A DNA stretch of 64,000 nt from Candidatus Latescibacterota bacterium. Its GTDB lineage: Bacteria > Latescibacterota > UBA2968 > UBA8231. The stretch spans positions 5,965-69,964 of the forward strand of contig JAPYQE010000003.1 in the NCBI GenBank assembly GCA_029941315.1, written 5' to 3'. The position numbers and the translations under genes are program-made. The notes under the pieces are model-generated. The model was not told the origin of the DNA. It saw nothing but the letters and a program-made list of their open reading frames with translations, and did not search any database. This document shows, one piece after another, positions 59,297 to 64,000 of this stretch (positions are counted from its first letter, which is position 1; each line of letters starts with the position of its first letter).

Positions 59297-60445
59297 CTAG
59301 TCGCGTTGTTGAAGCAATAATTGATCGCGGGTAGATTCCAACTCTTCGCGCAGCAACTGAATCTCAAAAAGTCGTTTGATGATAAAAGAGATGGGCTGGG
59401 AAAGCTCGTTTAACATAGATACGATATCCCCGGTGCGCATGGGATTGCCCAGAGAAAGCCCCATTCCCAACATGCCTTGGCTAAAAGGAACGTCGATAAG
59501 CATCCCAGGGTGGTAGGTTGCGCCCAACGAACCTGACTGGGTCATCTGCAGAAAGCTTTCGTCCGCCTCGCGCTCCCAGATTTTGCTGCGGTGCCAATGG
59601 CTAACCAGGCCGCGCAGTGGAGCGAAGCGTTCGAGCGACTCTTGCAAGTTCGCTGTATCTTGGAAGGAGCGATAACCCCGTGCTTCAGGATAAGCGTGGT
59701 ATGAAGTCAGCAAGTTCTTTTCTTCGTTGATGACCTGAAGGCCAACGGCTTCGAATTGCAGCCCCATATCTTCGAGCTCGTCGCCGAGAATGCGCACGAC
59801 CTTGCCTAGATCATGCGCCTTTTCGATTTCGAGGCCGGCGCGCTGAACCCGAGAAACCGCTTGCTGGCAACGGCGATCGGTAATATCCCGAGTGATGGCC
59901 AATCGCACGTTTTCGCTGATATTGCGGCCGGTGATTTCTACGGGAAAAGTGCTGCCATCGCGGCGGACCATAAGCACTTCGTAGGTCTCGGACGAACCGC
60001 TGGCGATCATGCGCTGGGTTACAGAACGAGACTGTGGAGCCAGGATCAATTCGATGCCGTTCTTGCCGAGCAACTCTTCTTTACGATAACCCAAGAGGTC
60101 CGCCAGCGTTTGATTGATATAGAGCACTCGGCCGTTTTCGTGGATCGCGAAGGCATCGAGCGTATCGGCGATTTGGCGAAAGCGGTCTTCGCGGACTCCG
60201 GGGATTGATCCGCCCATATTTGCGGAGGGAATATTTGCGAAGATTTCGTTGTCTCCCATCAGAAAGTCTACGGAGACCCCCAATGCATCAGCTAGATTTT
60301 TTAGTGCTGACGACCGCAATTGACGAACTCGGCCGGTTTCGATACGAGAAATAGTGGCCTGGGAAACGCCAGATCGGGCCGAGAGTGCCTTCTGATTGAA
60401 CGATTGTTTTTGTCGCAGCGCTTTTAAAGTTTTTCCTAAGGACAT
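59297..60445 (-). CDS. XRE-family HTH transcriptional regulator fused to a PAS sensor and a C-terminal GAF-like domain
   Basis: N-terminal HTH_XRE (LKALRQKQSFNQKALSARSGVSQATISRIETGR), a PAS block (FAIHENGRVLYINQTLADLLGYRKEELLGKNGIELI), and a 180-aa C-terminal alpha/beta domain. Confidence 0.65.
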   Translation of the reverse strand: MSLGKTLKALRQKQSFNQKALSARSGVSQATISRIETGRVRQLRSSALKNLADALGVSVDFLMGDNEIFANIPSANMGGSIPGVREDRFRQIADTLDAFAIHENGRVLYINQTLADLLGYRKEELLGKNGIELILAPQSRSVTQRMIASGSSETYEVLMVRRDGSTFPVEITGRNISENVRLAITRDITDRRCQQAVSRVQRAGLEIEKAHDLGKVVRILGDELEDMGLQFEAVGLQVINEEKNLLTSYHAYPEARGYRSFQDTANLQESLERFAPLRGLVSHWHRSKIWEREADESFLQMTQSGSLGATYHPGMLIDVPFSQGMLGMGLSLGNPMRTGDIVSMLNELSQPISFIIKRLFEIQLLREELESTRDQLLLQQRD

Positions 60446-60611
60446 GGGTGATTCCTTGGTCCTGGGTATGTAAAAGTGTATATTTGACGTCTATAGTCGG
60501 AGATATTGGTTTTAGTATAATATCATGCCCAATAAGTGATGATTTAGATCATGAAGTCTAATAATAAGCAAAATTAAATATACGTTATAAAGACCAAAAT
60601 AATCAAATGAG

Positions 60612-60702
60612 TGCATAATTTATTTGGATGAAAATGTGCGCAAAGATTCTGAATTTATCGGCAATTTTGCATAGATGATGCATAAGGGCGAATGAATGCA
60701 TA
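60612..60702. promoter_or_regulatory. four copies of TGCATA/ATGCAT in the divergent promoter region (candidate operator sites)
   Basis: TGCATA at 60612-60617, 60668-60673, 60679-60684 and 60697-60702; the last one lies within the palindrome GCATATGC. Confidence 0.35.
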
Positions 60703-60722
60703 TGCTAAAATCCTCACCATTA

Positions 60723-60751
60723 TTGACTACATAGACGAGATTGTGTAAAAT
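60723..60751 (+). promoter_or_regulatory. near-consensus sigma-70 promoter TTGACT-N17-TAAAAT
   Basis: The -35 is at 60723-60728 and the -10 at 60746-60751, with a TG two positions upstream of the -10. Confidence 0.5.
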
Positions 60752-60806
60752 AAAAACCAAGGGTCGGTGTGGTATGAGAATATCCACACCGACCCTTGGT
60801 TTTTTG
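60752..60806 (+). terminator. perfect 17-bp hairpin with A5 and T6 flanks, immediately downstream of the promoter (leader attenuator or tiny sRNA)
   Basis: aaaa-accaagggtcggtgtgg-tatgagaatat-ccacaccgacccttggt-tttttg. It is 40 nt upstream of the REC-AraC gene start. Confidence 0.6.
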
Positions 60807-60845
60807 CAGTAAGGGATATCGGGGCGTGTAGCGGGACGTTTTGCA

Positions 60846-61604
60846 ATGGTCAAAGGTAAAGATTGTTCGAATAGGGCAAGTGCCTTAGGGGGTTGTGGAG
60901 CCTTGCTCGTCGTCGGTGATGTGGATTCTGTCGTCGGTTTGCGCTTTTTGCAGGAGCGAGGTTGTTCGATAGATCGCGTTGCCGATTTAGCGGAAGCGCT
61001 TCGTCGGTCAAAATCCGACAGTTATGGCGTGGTGTTGGTGGATTTGTCTGCGCCGTACGAACACAAACTAAGCGATCTAGCGAAGCTGAAGCGTGTTTAT
61101 TATACGGCTAAACTTATTGCCGTTGATGGAGAGGGCAGTATCGAGGCGGCGGTTGCTGCGATTAAAGCCGGGGCTTGGGATTATCTGCACCGACCGATTT
61201 CTTCCGAAGACCTACACGAGAAAATAATCATAGCACAAATACCTGCTGAAAAATTGAAGCAACGCGATGCCGATCCGGTGGTAACTTATATCGGTCGGCA
61301 TGCTACAGCGATCAGTAGTCGGGCAGAAGTGGCTAATCGTTTTGGCCTGAGTTTGGATACTATCTCCAGTCGAGTTCGCGCAGCGACTGGTCGGACCTTT
61401 ATTGAGTATTTGCACCAATGCAGGTTAGACCAAGCCAAAAGGTTGCTCGAATCTACTGAGTTGAATATATCGCAGGTGGCGGCGCGAGTGGGATTTAGCA
61501 CTTCACAGCATTTTTCGCGCGTCTTTCGCAAGCACACGGATCTGTCTCCGGCCCGCTACCGGCTACAAGAACGGGTACAGAAAACACAAACTGCAAAAAG
61601 TTGA
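60846..61604 (+). CDS. response-regulator-like protein with REC domain and C-terminal AraC-type HTH
   Basis: REC-like fold (LLVVGDVDSVV...VVLVDLSAPY...LIAVDGEG...AIKAGAWDYLHRPI) plus an AraC HTH (LNISQVAARVGFSTSQHFSRVFRKHTDLSPARYR). Confidence 0.65.
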   Translation: MVKGKDCSNRASALGGCGALLVVGDVDSVVGLRFLQERGCSIDRVADLAEALRRSKSDSYGVVLVDLSAPYEHKLSDLAKLKRVYYTAKLIAVDGEGSIEAAVAAIKAGAWDYLHRPISSEDLHEKIIIAQIPAEKLKQRDADPVVTYIGRHATAISSRAEVANRFGLSLDTISSRVRAATGRTFIEYLHQCRLDQAKRLLESTELNISQVAARVGFSTSQHFSRVFRKHTDLSPARYRLQERVQKTQTAKS

Positions 61605-61780
61605 CCGGGCCGCGGAATCAGATACAGGTTTTGTTTCTAGACCCATTATTCCCCTTGTGCACTTGGGAAATATTACGCACTTTCAAAATAGCTAAATTGA
61701 CCACCTCCAGCATGAATAAAATCGATGGCCAAGGGTCTGGAATAAGGCGGTGTGGGGAGGTAGTTTTTGGCAATTTATAC

Positions 61781-61814
61781 AAAAGGCCGCTCCGGTAATC
61801 CGGAGCGGCCTTTT
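61781..61814. terminator. bidirectional rho-independent terminator (aaaa-ggccgctccgg-taat-ccggagcggcc-tttt)
   Basis: 11-bp GC stem with symmetric A/T runs, between the convergent REC-AraC gene (+) and slyD (-). Confidence 0.8.
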
Positions 61815-61841
61815 GCGTTGCTGTTATCTTAGAATATCTGA

Positions 61842-62327
61842 CTAGTGGTCATGTCCCCCGGGTCCGTGCACATGACCGTGCGATAACTCTTCGGCAGAGG
61901 CGTCTCTAACTTCGAGAATCTCGACCTCGAAATGCAGGGCCTTGCCAGCGAGCGGGTGATTGGTATCGAGGGTGATATTCTCACCGTCAACGGCGACGAC
62001 GGTAACGATCTGATGTCCTTCGTCGTCGTCCTGGGCTTCAAATTGCATGTCGACCTTAATTTCGACGCTGTCGTCGAATTGATTGCGGGTGACGGTTTGC
62101 ACACCTTCTTCATCCCGCTTTCCGTAACCTTGTTCGGGCGCTACGTCAACGGCGACTTTGTCTCCTTTTCCACGTCCTTCAAGGGCCGTTTCTAGACCGG
62201 GGATAAGTTGGCCGGTGCCGTGAATATAGGCCAGTGGACCACCCTCTTCCGATCGATCGATGAGTTGGCCCTGGCTGTCGACTACCTCGTAGTTCATGGT
62301 AACGACTTTTTGCTCCGAGATCTGCAT
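61842..62327 (-). CDS. slyD: FKBP-type peptidyl-prolyl cis-trans isomerase SlyD with a His-rich C-terminal metal-binding tail
   Basis: FKBP domain with an inserted IF flap, and a C-terminus HGHVHGPGGHDH. Confidence 0.85.
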   Translation of the reverse strand: MQISEQKVVTMNYEVVDSQGQLIDRSEEGGPLAYIHGTGQLIPGLETALEGRGKGDKVAVDVAPEQGYGKRDEEGVQTVTRNQFDDSVEIKVDMQFEAQDDDEGHQIVTVVAVDGENITLDTNHPLAGKALHFEVEILEVRDASAEELSHGHVHGPGGHDH

Positions 62328-62408
62328 GTAATGCTCCGCGTAAAAGGTTTTGTCCCAAGTTTAGTAGGACCCGCTCCCAGGGTCAAGGACTTTCTAAGGC
62401 GATAATAA

Positions 62409-64000
62409 GTGAACGATTTACACTACTACTACGCAGCTGCTCCGAAGGGTGTTGGTGACTTACTGACGGCCGAACTAAACGAGATAGGCGCGCAAAATGT
62501 GCGTCAGCAGGGGACGGGGGTTTCTTTTGCCGGGCCCCTCGAAGTCGGATATAGAGCTTGTTTGTGGTCGCGGCTAGCTAGTCGGATTCTGCTGCGCATC
62601 GGTGAGTTTCCCGCTCCGACGGCTGAGGCGCTTTACGAGGGCGTGCAGCAGATCGATTGGCAAGAACACCTTGACCCGGAGGGTACTTTGGCGATTGGGT
62701 TCGTCGGCTCTAGCCGCGATATACGCAATAGCCATTTTGGTGCGCTTAAGGTCAAGGACGCGATCGTTGATCAATTCCGCACGGCATGCGGGCTGCGGCC
62801 GTCGATTGATCTACAGCGCCCCGATTTGCGTGTTCATACGAGACTGGATCGCGACCGGGTTCAGCTTAGCCTCGACCTGGCCGGTCAGAGTTTGCACCGT
62901 CGTGGTTATCGCAGCGAAACTGGACCGGCCCCGCTAAAGGAGAATCTCGCGGCGGCCATTCTCCTGCGCGCTGGCTGGCCAAGTGTCGCCGCTGCGGGCG
63001 GGACGCTGATGGACCCGATGTGTGGCACCGGAACACTGCCGATCGAAGCGGCGTGGATTGCCGGCGATTGTGCCCCGGGTCTGTTGCGCGACTATTTTGG
63101 TTTTAGCGGTTGGCAAGGGCACGTGCCCAAAATATGGGGCAGGTTACGCGAAGAGGCGCTCGCTCGCCGGGAAGAGGGCATGGCCAAATTGCCCGAGATC
63201 ATCGGTTGTGATATGAACCCGCGGGCTGTACAACAGGCCAAGGCGCATGCCGAGCGGGCCGGTTTGCAGCAAGCCGTGCGCTTTGAACAACGGGCGATCT
63301 CTAAGACTCCCAAGCTCTCTAATCCCGCGGGACTGGTCGTCGTCAACCCGCCCTATGGCCAACGGCTGGGCGAAATCACAGAGTTGGGCGGTCTCTATGC
63401 GGAATTGGGCCAAGTGCTCAAGCGGAATTTCCAAGGGTGGAAAGCGGCTGTCTTCACCGGCAACCCGCAACTTGGACACGCTCTAGGTCTAAGGGCCCTG
63501 CTCGACAATAAGCTCTATAATGGTCCAATTGAATGTCGGCTGTTGCGTTTCGAGGTTGAAGAAGGGTATTTCACCCCGGACCGAATAAATCCTCCTCCTA
63601 TTGAGAATGCCACCGCAAAGGCGAAGGTTGCGGATAGTGATTCGTCTGGTACTGAGATGTTGGCCAATAGATTGCGCAAGAATCGCCGCATTCTCGGTCG
63701 TTGGGCCCGGCGTGCAAACATCGCTTGCTATCGACTCTACGATGCGGACTTACCCGAGTACGCGCTGGCAGTTGACTTGTATCAGGGCGAGCAATTGTGG
63801 GTGCACGTGCAAGAATACCAAGCGCCACGCAGTATCGACCAGGACAAAGCTCGTCATCGTCGCGAAGAAGCGCTCGTGACCATAGCTGATGTGCTCGAAA
63901 TTCCCCCCGAGCAAGTCTTTCTAAAGGTCCGGCATCGGCAAAAAGGTCATTCGCAATACGAGAAGATAGAACAAGGCGGTGCTTTTTGCGAGGTGCGCGA
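62409..64000 (+). CDS. rlmL: bifunctional 23S rRNA m2G2445 / m7G2069 methyltransferase RlmKL (5' part; GTG start; continues past the window end)
   Basis: The frame is open from 62406 to the window end. THUMP region (…CLWSRLASRILL…), SAM motifs (MDPMCGTGTLPIEAA; VVVNPPYGQRLGE), then the RlmK domain (…ANRLRKNRRILGRWARRANIACYRLYDADLPEY…). Not in the ORF track because there is no stop within the window. Confidence 0.8.
   Translation, partial: MNDLHYYYAAAPKGVGDLLTAELNEIGAQNVRQQGTGVSFAGPLEVGYRACLWSRLASRILLRIGEFPAPTAEALYEGVQQIDWQEHLDPEGTLAIGFVGSSRDIRNSHFGALKVKDAIVDQFRTACGLRPSIDLQRPDLRVHTRLDRDRVQLSLDLAGQSLHRRGYRSETGPAPLKENLAAAILLRAGWPSVAAAGGTLMDPMCGTGTLPIEAAWIAGDCAPGLLRDYFGFSGWQGHVPKIWGRLREEALARREEGMAKLPEIIGCDMNPRAVQQAKAHAERAGLQQAVRFEQRAISKTPKLSNPAGLVVVNPPYGQRLGEITELGGLYAELGQVLKRNFQGWKAAVFTGNPQLGHALGLRALLDNKLYNGPIECRLLRFEVEEGYFTPDRINPPPIENATAKAKVADSDSSGTEMLANRLRKNRRILGRWARRANIACYRLYDADLPEYALAVDLYQGEQLWVHVQEYQAPRSIDQDKARHRREEALVTIADVLEIPPEQVFLKVRHRQKGHSQYEKIEQGGAFCEVR

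Overview
This is a high-GC bacterial chromosomal segment, dominated by housekeeping genes, that spans the replication-origin neighbourhood. On the minus strand: rpmH-rnpA-yidD-yidC-mnmE-rsmG. On the plus strand: dnaA, a DnaA-box cluster with an AT-rich DUE (putative oriC), dnaN, recF, a DUF721/DciA-like gene, gyrB, gyrA, then tRNA-Ser(TGA), tRNA-Ser(GCT) and tRNA-Gln(CTG).

Reading from the start, the window contains:
- pth (partial), rplY/ctc with an acidic repeat tail, tRNA-Gln(TTG), ispE;
- a 1200-aa secreted TPR protein;
- a Crp/Fnr regulator, a sigma-54 (NtrC-type) activator and an HtrA/DegP protease;
- a SAM-dependent methyltransferase;
- a complete System I cytochrome c maturation locus in the order ccmE-ccmF-ccmH-X-Y-ccmA-ccmB-ccmC-ccmD. 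CcmE is the CxxxY (Cys) variant, and two uncharacterised membrane/secreted genes (X, Y) are embedded in the operon;
- two tandem bifunctional-nuclease (DUF151)+UVR paralogs;
- an orphan zinc-finger anti-sigma factor, a HEAT-repeat lipoprotein and an XRE regulator;
- a promoter-to-terminator non-coding unit upstream of a GT4/GT2 glycosyltransferase pair;
- a di-haem CXXCH cytochrome and a CPBP protease;
- sucCD, sdhCAB, rpmA-rplU-rng (with a 530-nt structured leader), ctpA, tmk and pgsA;
- a YceI-like gene, a solute-binding-protein/two-permease ABC system followed by a Cys-type sulfatase, and sthA;
- a divergent XRE-PAS / REC-AraC regulator pair whose intergenic region carries TGCATA repeats and a promoter-proximal perfect terminator hairpin;
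- slyD and the start of rlmL.

No mobile elements, CRISPR arrays or recognisable defense genes were seen. The most unusual items are the hybrid ccm locus, the candidate ncRNA/leader at 21.65-21.96 kb, the 23-bp CACGTG direct repeats between mnmE and rsmG, and the promoter-plus-terminator element at 60.72-60.81 kb.
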